From: Candidatus Latescibacterota bacterium
Lineage (GTDB): Bacteria; Latescibacterota; UBA2968; UBA8231
Reading direction: 5' to 3'
Assembly (NCBI GenBank): GCA_965217585.1
Contig: OZ244561.1
Coordinates: 2,432,001 to 2,496,000 of the forward strand
Length of the DNA: 64,000 nt
Below the pieces are notes generated by a model. The model saw only the letters and a list, made by a program, of their open reading frames with translations, ran no database searches and was not told the DNA's origin. Shown piece by piece: positions 1-8,808 of the stretch. The first letter of the stretch is position 1, and every line of letters starts with the position of its first letter. The position numbers were made by a program, and so were the translations under genes.

Positions 1-338
1 ACTGCAGATGTATCGGCCACAGGGGTCATTGACCAGAACAGGCCTAGCCGATCGACGCCTGTATAGGTCCCCTCAACGGCTGCGCTCTTGGCAACATCGA
101 TTTTTCCCTCCCCATCCTCCTCGTATTTAGCGTGGGCATGCCACAACTGACCTTCGCGATCTTTCCTGACTACAGTCACACCTACCTGCTGGCCGGTCGC
201 CAGTCCGACAGCCGAGATGTGGACAGTTTCACCCCAGAGAATGGGGGACTGGGGCGAGACGATGAGCCGAGGAGATTCTGCCGTAGCAGGGCAGTAAGCC
301 AGAACACTCAGCGAGATTGCACAGTTTAGCGAACGCAT
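1..338 (-). CDS. Acyl-CoA thioester hydrolase/BAAT N-terminal domain protein (5' part; runs off the window start)
   Basis: Not in the ORF track. ATG at 338 with GGAGG at 344-348 (minus strand). Open frame MRSLNCAISLSVLAYCPATAESPRLIVSP...EDGEGKIDVAKSAAVEGTYTGVDRLGLFWSMTP; G.Y.GVD..GLFWSM is the BAAT_N signature. Signal-peptide-like N-terminus. Confidence 0.75.
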   Translation of the reverse strand, partial: MRSLNCAISLSVLAYCPATAESPRLIVSPQSPILWGETVHISAVGLATGQQVGVTVVRKDREGQLWHAHAKYEEDGEGKIDVAKSAAVEGTYTGVDRLGLFWSMTPVADTSA

Positions 339-570
339 AATGGCCTCCAGTGATAGGGTGCGTTTTGCGCCCTATAATATCCGGAGGTCCATCGCTACGC
401 TATTCTATTTTTAGACCAACGGCGACATGACTCGGCTAATAGCGTGAGAGAGGGGTGAATTGCAGGAGAACATTCGATTTTGCAAGGGCCTACCCCTCGT
501 CCGCGCCCAAAAACTTGCGCCATAGGCACCAAGGGATCCCGTCGGGACCGCGGAGCGCCTCGACTCGTCT

Positions 571-1022
571 GTCGAAGTCCGCGAGCGTCGAAACCAGCGC
601 CGCCATCCCGTTTATGCCCAGCCCGAGTTGATGGCCACCGCGCCCAATCAAGTGTGGATGTGGGATATAACGAAGCTGCGCGGACCGATCAAAGGCGTCT
701 ATTACTATAATTGTATGTCGTACTCGATCTGTTTAGCCGCTATGCCGTCGGCTGGATGATCGCCTCTAAAGAAACAGCACAGTTAGCCGACGTTTTCGTC
801 GAGACGCCCTGCCAACGGCAGGCCATTGCCGCCCCATCAACTCACTCTCCATGCTGACCAGGGCAGCCCCATGACTGCCAAGACCATGAGTGAATTGCTG
901 GTTGATCTGGGCGTGCTCAAAAGCCATTCCAGAACCCAAGTCTGTGATGACAACCCTATTCAGAGGCGCACTTCAAAACGCTCAAGTATCGACCCGACTT
1001 CCCCGAGCGCTTTGGCAGCTAT
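571..1022 (+). pseudogene. Degraded IS3-family transposase (rve/DDE integrase core fragment)
   Basis: Pieces read across three frameshifts: EVRERRNQRRHPVYAQPELMATAPNQVWMWDITKLRGP / LYVVLDLFSRYAVGWMI / QLTLHADQGSPM..LGVLKSHSR..DDNP / YSEAHFKTLKYRPDFPERFGS. This is a typical IS3 OrfB core. No inverted repeats or OrfA found. Confidence 0.9.
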
Positions 1023-1172
1023 CCTTTCTATATAGTCGTCCATCATCTCCTTCAGCACCGCACGCTGCACGCTGGCCCGAGGACGAGCCAAAAAGCCGAC
1101 CCAGGTGGTGGTTGGCCTCCTCCCACTTGCTGCGCAGCAAGCGCTGCTTTATGAGCCCCTGAGATAGAACCA

Positions 1173-1205
1173 ACATTGGGCAGAGAGAAACTCTCTGCCC
1201 AATGT
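1173..1205 (-). terminator. Perfect 15-bp hairpin, probable terminator of the tandem secreted-protein genes
   Basis: acattgggcagagag-aaa-ctctctgcccaatgt, about 50 nt downstream of the stop at 1255. The U-tract is weak. Confidence 0.65.
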
Positions 1206-1254
1206 CCGACGATAAGTGCAGTGCCAGAATGAAAAAATCAGGTGGAAAAGATAC

Positions 1255-2214
1255 TCAGCGCAACTGATTGCTCAGATGACTTTTGATCCGGCCCCAAGAG
1301 GAACTCTCCACTGCGGTCGCGGTCCCTGATCCTCCGGCATTCGGGCAGTCTTCGCATCCTATTAAAGTCCAGTCGGGAAACGCATCCCCCTGTGTGTCAT
1401 ATGAGTTCGGGTTTTGATCTCCGGTAAATCTATCCTTCAGCCACATATCGTGCTGATACAAGCTGCCGTCGCTATCGACGAGCCGCGGCCCAATGTGGGT
1501 GACCTGACCATCCTCATACACGTGCCTTACGCTCTCCGCCTCGGTCAGGCCAACGACGTCATAGGTTTTCAACCGGGCTTCCCAAGTGACCTCTACATCC
1601 AGGGTTCCGTGCTGGGCATCCGGCGGGGTAACCGTCCAGGCAAGATCCCATACGTCCGTGACGTTGCCAAAAAGATCTACATCCTGAGTCCAACTCAACT
1701 GCTCGTCGCCGAGCACCTCGATCTGGCTGTTGAAGGCCGCTACTCCATCCGGCCCCGGCAATATGCGCATATGATAGCGCTGGTGGTTGCTCGCCTCGTC
1801 CAGGTTGGCCCCTAGGCCGGGACCACCCGAGTGGTCGTTGTCGAGGTTGAACTGGGTGAAATCATCGTGCCACATGCGTTTCAAGTCTGGCTCCTGCCGC
1901 CGCAGGGAGTCGTCCTGAATCCGGAGAAAGAAGTAGAGCCGGTTGTCTGGCGGACGAGAATAGGCCAGCCGGAAAGTGGCAGCATAATCGTCTGCCCCAA
2001 CGACTTCGCCATTTGTCGCATAAAAATCCAAAGCGCTGTCCAAGGCGAGATCGTTGTCGAACCAGCCCCAGTCGCTGTCATCTCCGTCCATGGTCATGGC
2101 GTCAGGATCGGGCACTTCTTGCAGGAAAAACTCTAGGCCCGTGTGCCCCAAAGCCGGCCCGCTAAAAGCCAGAGCCAATGCACACGGCAAGAGCAAAACT
2201 ATGGATCTTTTCAT
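1255..2214 (-). CDS. Secreted CBM9/DOMON-like protein with C-terminal TAVESSSWGRIK tail (copy B)
   Basis: 319 aa, signal peptide (ALALAFSGPALG). MTMDGDDSDW and LYFFLRIQDD resemble the CBM9-like IDGxLxDW / LYxxxxVxDD motifs. GGAGA RBS upstream. Confidence 0.75.
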   Translation of the reverse strand: MKRSIVLLLPCALALAFSGPALGHTGLEFFLQEVPDPDAMTMDGDDSDWGWFDNDLALDSALDFYATNGEVVGADDYAATFRLAYSRPPDNRLYFFLRIQDDSLRRQEPDLKRMWHDDFTQFNLDNDHSGGPGLGANLDEASNHQRYHMRILPGPDGVAAFNSQIEVLGDEQLSWTQDVDLFGNVTDVWDLAWTVTPPDAQHGTLDVEVTWEARLKTYDVVGLTEAESVRHVYEDGQVTHIGPRLVDSDGSLYQHDMWLKDRFTGDQNPNSYDTQGDAFPDWTLIGCEDCPNAGGSGTATAVESSSWGRIKSHLSNQLR

Positions 2215-2343
2215 GCTTGATCTCCTCTCCTAATGGATGGTCTCCCAGTCTGCACATATGCGCCGACATGGGCTTGGGCCGGATCGCCCAAGGTAGGTTA
2301 CTAGAAGTTATCTCATAAACTCTGAATACGTCATCAGATGGTC

Positions 2344-3303
2344 TCAGTGCAACTGATTGCTCAGGTGACTTTTGATCCGGCCCCAAGAGGAACTCTCCAC
2401 TGCGGTCGCGGTCCCTGATCCTCCGGCATTCGGGCACTCTTCGCATCCTATTAAAGTCCAGTCGGGAAACTGATCCCCCTCTGTGCCATATTGGGCCGGG
2501 TTTTGATTTCCGGTAAATCTATCCTGCAGATAAAAATCGTACTGAAACAGGCTGCCGTCGTTATCGGTGAGCCGCGGCCCAAGGTGGGTGACCTGACCAT
2601 CCTCATACACGTGCCTTACGCTCTCTGCCTCGCTCAGGCCAACGGCGTCATAGGTTTTGAACCGGGCTTCCCAGGTGACCTCTATATCCAGAGTGCCGTG
2701 CTGGGCATCCGGCGGGGTAACCGTCCAAGCAAGATCCCATACGCCCGTGACGTTGCCAAAAAGATCTACATCCTGAGTCCAGCTCAACTGCTCGTCGCCG
2801 AGTACCTCGATCTGGCTGTTGAAGGCCGCTACTCCATCCGGACCCGGCAATATGCGCAGATGATAGCGCTGGTGGTTGCTCGCCTCGTCTAGGTTGGCCC
2901 CTAGGCCGGGACCGCCCGAGTGGTCGTTGTCGAGGTTGAACTGGGTGAAATCATCGTGCCACATGCGTTTCAAGTCTGGCTCCTGACGCCGCAGGGAGTC
3001 GTCCTGAATCCGGAGAAAGAAGTAGAGCCGGTTGTCTGGCGGACGAGAATAGGCTATCCGCCAAGTGGCAGAATAATCGTCTGGTTCAGCGACTTCACCT
3101 GATGTCACATAAAAATCCAAATTGCTGTCCAAGGCGAGATCGTTGTCGAACCAGCCCCAGTCGCTGTCATCTCCGTCCATGGTCATGGCGTCAGGATCGG
3201 GCACTTCTTGCAGGAAAAACTCCAAGCCCGTGTGCCCCAAAGCCGGCCCGCTAAAAGCCAGAGCCAACGCACACGGCAAAAGCAAAAGCATAGATTTTTT
3301 CAC
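2344..3303 (-). CDS. Secreted CBM9/DOMON-like protein with C-terminal TAVESSSWGRIK tail (copy A)
   Basis: A GTG start at 3303 after GAGGAG gives exactly 319 aa, colinear with 1255..2214 (285/319 identical by manual count). The ORF-track start at 3435 is an upstream extension. Confidence 0.75.
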   Translation of the reverse strand: MKKSMLLLLPCALALAFSGPALGHTGLEFFLQEVPDPDAMTMDGDDSDWGWFDNDLALDSNLDFYVTSGEVAEPDDYSATWRIAYSRPPDNRLYFFLRIQDDSLRRQEPDLKRMWHDDFTQFNLDNDHSGGPGLGANLDEASNHQRYHLRILPGPDGVAAFNSQIEVLGDEQLSWTQDVDLFGNVTGVWDLAWTVTPPDAQHGTLDIEVTWEARFKTYDAVGLSEAESVRHVYEDGQVTHLGPRLTDNDGSLFQYDFYLQDRFTGNQNPAQYGTEGDQFPDWTLIGCEECPNAGGSGTATAVESSSWGRIKSHLSNQLH

Positions 3304-3755
3304 TTTATAACTCCTCTTCCTAATAGATGGGCTCCCAGCCTGTATATATGCGTACAATTCAGGATTGGAAGGAATGGAAAACTGGATGCTACGCGAGGGA
3401 CGCTTTGCCTCCTTCCATTTTAATATCTTTCTCATAATTTTAGAACAATTATCTGCACGGCTCTAGCCGAAAAGCGAGCCATATCCGCATGTCTTTATTT
3501 ATGCGCCAAAGTCCCAAAGTCATTGGGGGCTATTTAAATAAAAAGGTTAGGGAAGTCAAGAATTTTTTCAAGTTATCGGCCTTTTACATGCGCGGTAGGG
3601 ATACTACTCAAATTCTACTTGTCGTATGAAGCCTCCTATATATATTGAAATAGTTGGCTCCCCGCCCTATCCCCGACGTAGCGATATGGTGAGCCGCGAG
3701 AACTGCTCGCACATTGTAATATCTGCTCGACAAGCCTGAATGGAGATCTAGCTCC

Positions 3756-4829
3756 ATGGCAACTTCTCGTCCAAAGGTAATGCTGGTCTGTGATCAGCAA
3801 GTTCGCGATAACTACTTGACAATCCCGGACCTGGAACGACTCAATGTTTTTGCCGACTGGCACTGGTTCGCCTGCGAGGACGGTGTGCCCTTCTTCAGCC
3901 CCAGCCCAAGCACGGAGTTGAAAACCCGATTGCTCGATCAGGTGGAGGACGTCGACGCGATCATCGTCTGCTGCGGTGCTCCGCGGATCGACGCCGAGGT
4001 CATGGAACGGGCAATCGGGCTGAAGATCGTCGGCGAGGTAGCGGGCGACCGATTCGCCGAACGCATCGATGTGGAAGCCGCCTGGGAGCGGGGCATCCGC
4101 ACGGTGGACACCACCAATGGCACCTCCTATCCAGTGGCCGAATGGGCCCTAGCCCTGATCCTTATTTCCCTGCGCAATGCCGGTGCCTATTTCCGCCGCA
4201 TCATCGCCGGCGATACTGACTTTTCCCGCAATGAAGATCCCGGCTATTTGCGCGGTGATCTGACCGGCAAGCGAGTCGGGTTGATCGGCTGCGGCCATAT
4301 CGGCCGGCGGTTGATTCAGTTTCTACGGCCCTTTGAGGCAGATATCCAAGTGTACGATCCTTATCTGCCCAGAGAAATGGCGGACGCCCTAGGTTTTCTC
4401 CAGACCTCGTTGGACAACATCCTCTCCCAGTCCGACGCCATTGTCTGTTTGGCACCACTGACCCCCCAGACTCAGGGCATGATCGGCCAGCGCGAATTGG
4501 ATCTGATTCCATCGGAGGCCGTGTTCATAAATGTTTCGCGCGGTCCGATCGTCGACTCCGATGCTCTGATCGAACGGCTGAAGCGGGGAGACATCATCGC
4601 TGGACTGGACGTTTTCGACCCAGAGCCGATCCCGGCTGACAGCGAGATTATCCATCTGCCCAATGTCTTTCTCAGTCCACACATCGCCGGGGTCACAGCC
4701 CCCAGCTACCCCCGTCTATTCACGCTGATGGTGGACGAGTTGGACCGCTTCTTCCACGGCCACGAAACCCTCTTCGACCTGACGCCCCGCTCATTGGCCA
4801 ATCGCCGGGGCACTGAGTCCCAGCCCTAG
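3756..4829 (+). CDS. D-isomer-specific 2-hydroxyacid dehydrogenase
   Basis: GCGHIG Rossmann motif, FINVSRGPIVD, AGLDVFDPEP, SPHIAG. Confidence 0.92.
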   Translation: MATSRPKVMLVCDQQVRDNYLTIPDLERLNVFADWHWFACEDGVPFFSPSPSTELKTRLLDQVEDVDAIIVCCGAPRIDAEVMERAIGLKIVGEVAGDRFAERIDVEAAWERGIRTVDTTNGTSYPVAEWALALILISLRNAGAYFRRIIAGDTDFSRNEDPGYLRGDLTGKRVGLIGCGHIGRRLIQFLRPFEADIQVYDPYLPREMADALGFLQTSLDNILSQSDAIVCLAPLTPQTQGMIGQRELDLIPSEAVFINVSRGPIVDSDALIERLKRGDIIAGLDVFDPEPIPADSEIIHLPNVFLSPHIAGVTAPSYPRLFTLMVDELDRFFHGHETLFDLTPRSLANRRGTESQP

Positions 4830-4833
4830 AGTT

Positions 4834-5622
4834 ATGATGGAACTAGCAGAGTTAACATCGGCCCAAAAAGCACAATATGAGCAGGATGGTTATACCATAC
4901 TCAAAGGTTTGTTCGATCCGGATGAATGCGATCAGTTCATCAGCCACATGATGGATCTTCATGCGGGGCGCGAGAAAATCGACGGTTTCCAGTTTACGGC
5001 TTGGGTCGTTAACATGGCACCCCGCAATGCCGATGACTGGAGTCGAACAAGAAATCAGCACCTGTACGATCCTATGACTATGGACTGGATGTTGAATCCC
5101 CGGCTGCGCCAGCCGCTGCGCACTTGTCTCGACGACGAGCCCGAGGCAATGCAGACTATGTACTTCTACAAAGGGTCGGAACAGCGCCGACACCAAGATG
5201 CCTATCACCTTCCGGGATGTATGTCGGCCTGGATTGCCCTCCAAGATGTCGACGAACGCAATGGCAGCATCCATGTCCAGCTCGGATCCCATAGAGGACC
5301 GATACTCGATAAAAAGGACTTCAAAGAGGATGAAGACGGCAAGCCCGGACCCTGGTACGGCTGGAACCACGAAGATGCGTTCGACGCCCTATTTGAGCGC
5401 AACGGGTTTCCGGAGATCGCGGTCGAAGCTAACAAGGGGGACACGGTGCTCTTCCACGGCAGATTGATTCATCGCGGTGGCCCCATTCTGGAACCGGACT
5501 CTTTCCGCCACGTTTTAGCGTGCCACTACCTCCCCTACAGTTTTAACCCTTGGCCCTATGAAGTCGCCCCCAGATTGCGGATTTCATTCGATGGGGCCTG
5601 TCGGTTTACCCCTACCCACTAA
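4834..5622 (+). CDS. Phytanoyl-CoA dioxygenase (PhyH) family Fe(II)/2OG dioxygenase
   Basis: YEQDGYTILKGLF, HQD motif, AWIALQDVDERNG, GSH, distal LIHRG, R in FRHVL. Confidence 0.9.
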   Translation: MMELAELTSAQKAQYEQDGYTILKGLFDPDECDQFISHMMDLHAGREKIDGFQFTAWVVNMAPRNADDWSRTRNQHLYDPMTMDWMLNPRLRQPLRTCLDDEPEAMQTMYFYKGSEQRRHQDAYHLPGCMSAWIALQDVDERNGSIHVQLGSHRGPILDKKDFKEDEDGKPGPWYGWNHEDAFDALFERNGFPEIAVEANKGDTVLFHGRLIHRGGPILEPDSFRHVLACHYLPYSFNPWPYEVAPRLRISFDGACRFTPTH

Positions 5623-5702
5623 TAACTTGTGCTTTGAATAGGCCAGATGCACCTCGAATCCTAGAAGATGGGACGCGAGGTGCATCTGGCGGCGGGCTTC
5701 CA

Positions 5703-7070
5703 CTATGGCTGGTTGCCCATAATGGTAATCTCGCCCCCAAAGCCACCGGCAATTATCCTAGCGGCGAATGCCTGGACCAGACCGCTCGGCAGGTTGGGGT
5801 TGTCCTCAATCCACAGGTACTCCCCGACGCTTTGCACGTTGTCCAAGGCTTTGAGGCTGGCCAGAGACATATTGCCATCTATCTGCAGGACGTTTCCGAC
5901 GCTTTGCAGATTGTCGAGGCCCTCGAGAGAGACCAGGGATGCATTTCGGTGGATCATCAGGCGACTCTCGATCCGAGTGAGCTTGTCCAGGCCCTTAAGG
6001 TCGGTCAGGGCATCGCTGCCCCAGATCGTCAGGCCCCCCCCGACGCTATGGAGGCTGCGCAGCCCCTCCAGGCTGGTCAGCAGTCTATTGTCGCGAATTA
6101 TCAATTCATCTCCGACGCTTTGCAGGTTGTGCAGACCTTCCAAGCTGGTCAGAGAGACATTGCGGTAGAGACTCAGGTTGCCCCCGATGCTTCGCAGGTT
6201 GTCCAAACCTTCCAGATTGGTCAGAAGGTCGTTGTGCAGGATATGCAGTTCGCCGCCGACGCTTTGCACGTTGTGCAGACCTTCCAGGCTGGTCAGAGCA
6301 AAATTGTGCTGGATGTGCAGATCGCCCGCGATGCTTTGCAGGCTGCGCAGCCCCTCCAGAGTAATTAGACCAAAGTTGTAGCCGATAATAGGGAGGCCGA
6401 GCTTCAGCGATCCCCCGATACTTTGCAGGTTGCGCAGCCCCTCCAGGTTGGACAGGGCCTCACCGTCGCTGAAGATACTTCCCTCGGACTCGCGCGCTGC
6501 TTGCTCATCGCCCTGGCTGCGAGTATGTCTTCGTTTTCTTTCGTCATAGTCCAGAGGTTCATTGCCGAAGATCCCCAAGTCTCCATCGATGCGGGTGACG
6601 TTGCGCAGGCCCTCCAGACTGGTCAGGGACGCATTGTCTCTGATTTCCAGCTTGCCTCCAATTCGGGCGAGCTTGTGCAAGCCATCCACATTGGTCAACG
6701 CTCGATTGTTGACAATTTCCAGGTCTCCATCGATGCGGGTGACGTTGCGAAAGCCGTCCAGACTGGTCAGGGCTGGATTGGCGCGCAGCCGCAAACCGCC
6801 GACACTATAAAGGTTGCCCAGGCCCTCCAGGCTGGTCAGGGTCGTTTCCTCAATGAACAGCTTGCCGCTGATACTGACGCAACTGCTGCCATCGCCTGCC
6901 AGAGCCTTTAGGTCCTCTAAGGTGCCGATCGAAAAGTCCCCTTCCCGGTTTATCCCTCCTTCAGAGCAGGCATTGCTCCCAATAGATGATGCCGGACCTG
7001 CGTCATCATCCCCGCAGCTGGCGAGCACGGCAGCGGCCATCGCAATCAACAGACCACAGACCATGCGCAT
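5703..7070 (-). CDS. Lipoprotein with Receptor-L-domain-type leucine-rich repeats
   Basis: Lipobox VLASC. About 13 repeats of ~25 aa with consensus LTSLEGLxNLxSIGGxLxIxxN; the matching 75-bp DNA periodicity is visible. Confidence 0.88.
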   Translation of the reverse strand: MRMVCGLLIAMAAAVLASCGDDDAGPASSIGSNACSEGGINREGDFSIGTLEDLKALAGDGSSCVSISGKLFIEETTLTSLEGLGNLYSVGGLRLRANPALTSLDGFRNVTRIDGDLEIVNNRALTNVDGLHKLARIGGKLEIRDNASLTSLEGLRNVTRIDGDLGIFGNEPLDYDERKRRHTRSQGDEQAARESEGSIFSDGEALSNLEGLRNLQSIGGSLKLGLPIIGYNFGLITLEGLRSLQSIAGDLHIQHNFALTSLEGLHNVQSVGGELHILHNDLLTNLEGLDNLRSIGGNLSLYRNVSLTSLEGLHNLQSVGDELIIRDNRLLTSLEGLRSLHSVGGGLTIWGSDALTDLKGLDKLTRIESRLMIHRNASLVSLEGLDNLQSVGNVLQIDGNMSLASLKALDNVQSVGEYLWIEDNPNLPSGLVQAFAARIIAGGFGGEITIMGNQP

Positions 7071-7082
7071 ATGCTCCTCTCT

Positions 7083-8771
7083 TTACTGCTTATATTCGGA
7101 TTCATCCGGTTCGTACAGGGTGAGTACCTGGTTCACCTCCATGCCCGTGAGCTGCTCGACGATGCCACTGGGCCAGCGGATCTCCACCAACTCGATTTTT
7201 TCCACCGCACCAAGCCCAAAATGAAGACGCAAATCATTCTGGGACAGAAAACTTGAACCACTCCTGACCTCGTCGATCTGCAAGCGGCCATCTGCCACGA
7301 CCTTGACCAAGGCTCCAATGCCGTCCCGATTGCTGGAGGGCCTCCGGGGTCGGCCCTGTGAGGCACCGGAGGAGGCGCGGGGGCCATTCCCGATCAGTTT
7401 GACGCCCAGCCAGCGATTCCGATTTCCACCGTCGTTGCGCAGGAGTGCGGCTGGCTGGTTGTTATTGGAGACCACCAGATCCAGATCCCCATCCTCATCG
7501 TAGTCTCCGACCGCCGCCCCGCGGCTCACCTGCACCAGCGCCAAGCCCGGTCCCGCCGAATTAGTCACATCGGCGAACCTGCCCTGACCGTCGTTTCTGA
7601 AAAGTTGGTTCTGCTGGGCATAGGCCACACTAGTGTCGAATAGCTCCACATTGTCATCCAAGTGGCCATTGGCCACGAAGAGGTCGCAGTCTCCGTCGTT
7701 GTCGTAGTCGAAGAAAACCGTCCCCCAGGCCAGAAATCTCAGGCTCGGTATGCCCAATCCCGACTCGAAGGTGGTATCGGCGAAAAACCCGTTGCCCAGG
7801 TTTCGGTAGAGATTGTTGGTCTCCCACTGGTAGTTGGTCACGAAAAAGTCGAAGAACCCATCGTGGTCGTAGTCTCCCGCAGCGACCCCCATCCCGGCCA
7901 AGGCCTCTCCGGCGTCGTCAAAAGCGACCCCGGCCAAGAAACCGACTTCGGTGAAGCGGCCCCCATCATTGCGGTAGAGCAGATTGGGCGTGCGATCCCC
8001 GGCCACGTAAAGATCCAAGTCGCCGTCCTGATCGTAGTCGCTGAAGAGGGCCCCCAGTTCCTTGGCCGCCCGGGGCCGCAAGCCGACTGTATCGCTAATG
8101 TCTACAAAGGTTCCGTCCCCCTCGTTTCGGAAGAAGACATCCGCCTGTGGATCGAAGGCCTCGGGTCCGCAGTAGACCTGTAGCCCTTTAGCTTGAATGC
8201 AGGGCGGGTTTACCTCCGGCGGGTACTCCACGTAATTGGCCACATAGAGGTCGGGATCGCCGTCCTGGTCGTAGTCTGCAAAAGCCGCTCCTGTGCTAAA
8301 ACCCGGATGGCCCACTCCCGAGCGGCTTGTCACATTGGTAAAGCTCCCATCGCCATTGTTGCGGTAGAGGATATTGGGCCCGTAGCAAGTGATGTAGAGG
8401 TCGAGATCGCCGTCCTGGTCGTAGTCTGCCGCGGCACAGCCCATCCCGTGGCCCGATTCGGCCACCCCGGCAGTGGCTGTGGTCTCCTCGAAGCGCCCGT
8501 CGCCCCGATTGCGGTAGAGGGCCCCCGACCCGGCGCTGTTGGCAAAGTATAGGTCGAGCCAGCCATCGGCGTCGTGATCAAAGAAAACCACCCCCGAACC
8601 CTGCGTCTCCGGGAAATGCTTTTCCCCTGTCGCCCCATTCTGGTGGCGAAAGGCAATCCCGGCCATAGCAGTGACATCGACGAACTGGACCTCGGCCTTT
8701 GCCGGCAGTTGAAGAAGAACCGCTGCTGCGAGGCAGCACCCGGACAAAGAAATATACCTTACCTTCGCCAA
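7083..8771 (-). CDS. CRTAC1-family protein (FG-GAP/VCBS beta-propeller plus ASPIC/UnbV domain)
   Basis: Signal peptide; repeated DYDxDGDxDLYV motifs; C-terminal NRDGIGALV..GSSFLSQNDLRLHFGLG..IRWPSG. Confidence 0.93.
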   Translation of the reverse strand: MAKVRYISLSGCCLAAAVLLQLPAKAEVQFVDVTAMAGIAFRHQNGATGEKHFPETQGSGVVFFDHDADGWLDLYFANSAGSGALYRNRGDGRFEETTATAGVAESGHGMGCAAADYDQDGDLDLYITCYGPNILYRNNGDGSFTNVTSRSGVGHPGFSTGAAFADYDQDGDPDLYVANYVEYPPEVNPPCIQAKGLQVYCGPEAFDPQADVFFRNEGDGTFVDISDTVGLRPRAAKELGALFSDYDQDGDLDLYVAGDRTPNLLYRNDGGRFTEVGFLAGVAFDDAGEALAGMGVAAGDYDHDGFFDFFVTNYQWETNNLYRNLGNGFFADTTFESGLGIPSLRFLAWGTVFFDYDNDGDCDLFVANGHLDDNVELFDTSVAYAQQNQLFRNDGQGRFADVTNSAGPGLALVQVSRGAAVGDYDEDGDLDLVVSNNNQPAALLRNDGGNRNRWLGVKLIGNGPRASSGASQGRPRRPSSNRDGIGALVKVVADGRLQIDEVRSGSSFLSQNDLRLHFGLGAVEKIELVEIRWPSGIVEQLTGMEVNQVLTLYEPDESEYKQ

Positions 8772-8808
8772 GAAGACCCCCGTGAGACTACTTCTAACCC
8801 CTCTGATT

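Larger units (their letters stand above)
1255..3350 (-). repeat. Tandem gene duplication, unit offset 1089 bp, including about 45 bp of upstream sequence
   Basis: Coding DNA is near-identical. Upstream ctcctctcctaatggatggtctcccagtctgcacatatgcg (~2222-2262) matches ctcctcttcctaatagatgggctcccagcctgtatatatgcg (~3311-3352). Confidence 0.95.

Noticed and set aside
480-1170. Active insertion sequence
   Set aside because: Three frameshifts, truncated at both ends, and no terminal inverted repeats or target duplication seen.
2273-2292. 7-bp hairpin cttgggc/gcccaag between the tandem copies
   Set aside because: Short and without a U-tract; too weak to call a terminator.
1255-3303. Diversity-generating retroelement (TR/VR pair)
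   Set aside because: Both copies are full genes with RBS, the mismatches are not adenine-specific, and there is no reverse transcriptase in the window.
3531-3559. Sigma70 promoter TTGACT-N17-TAAATA (minus strand) for the tandem genes
   Set aside because: Plausible, but the -10 box is imperfect and cannot be distinguished from chance in AT-rich intergenic DNA.
5634-6911. Repetitive plus-strand ORFs and 75-bp periodic DNA as a CRISPR array or separate genes
   Set aside because: These are antisense shadows of the Receptor-L repeat gene. The repeats are degenerate and codon-periodic, with no repeat-spacer structure and no cas genes.
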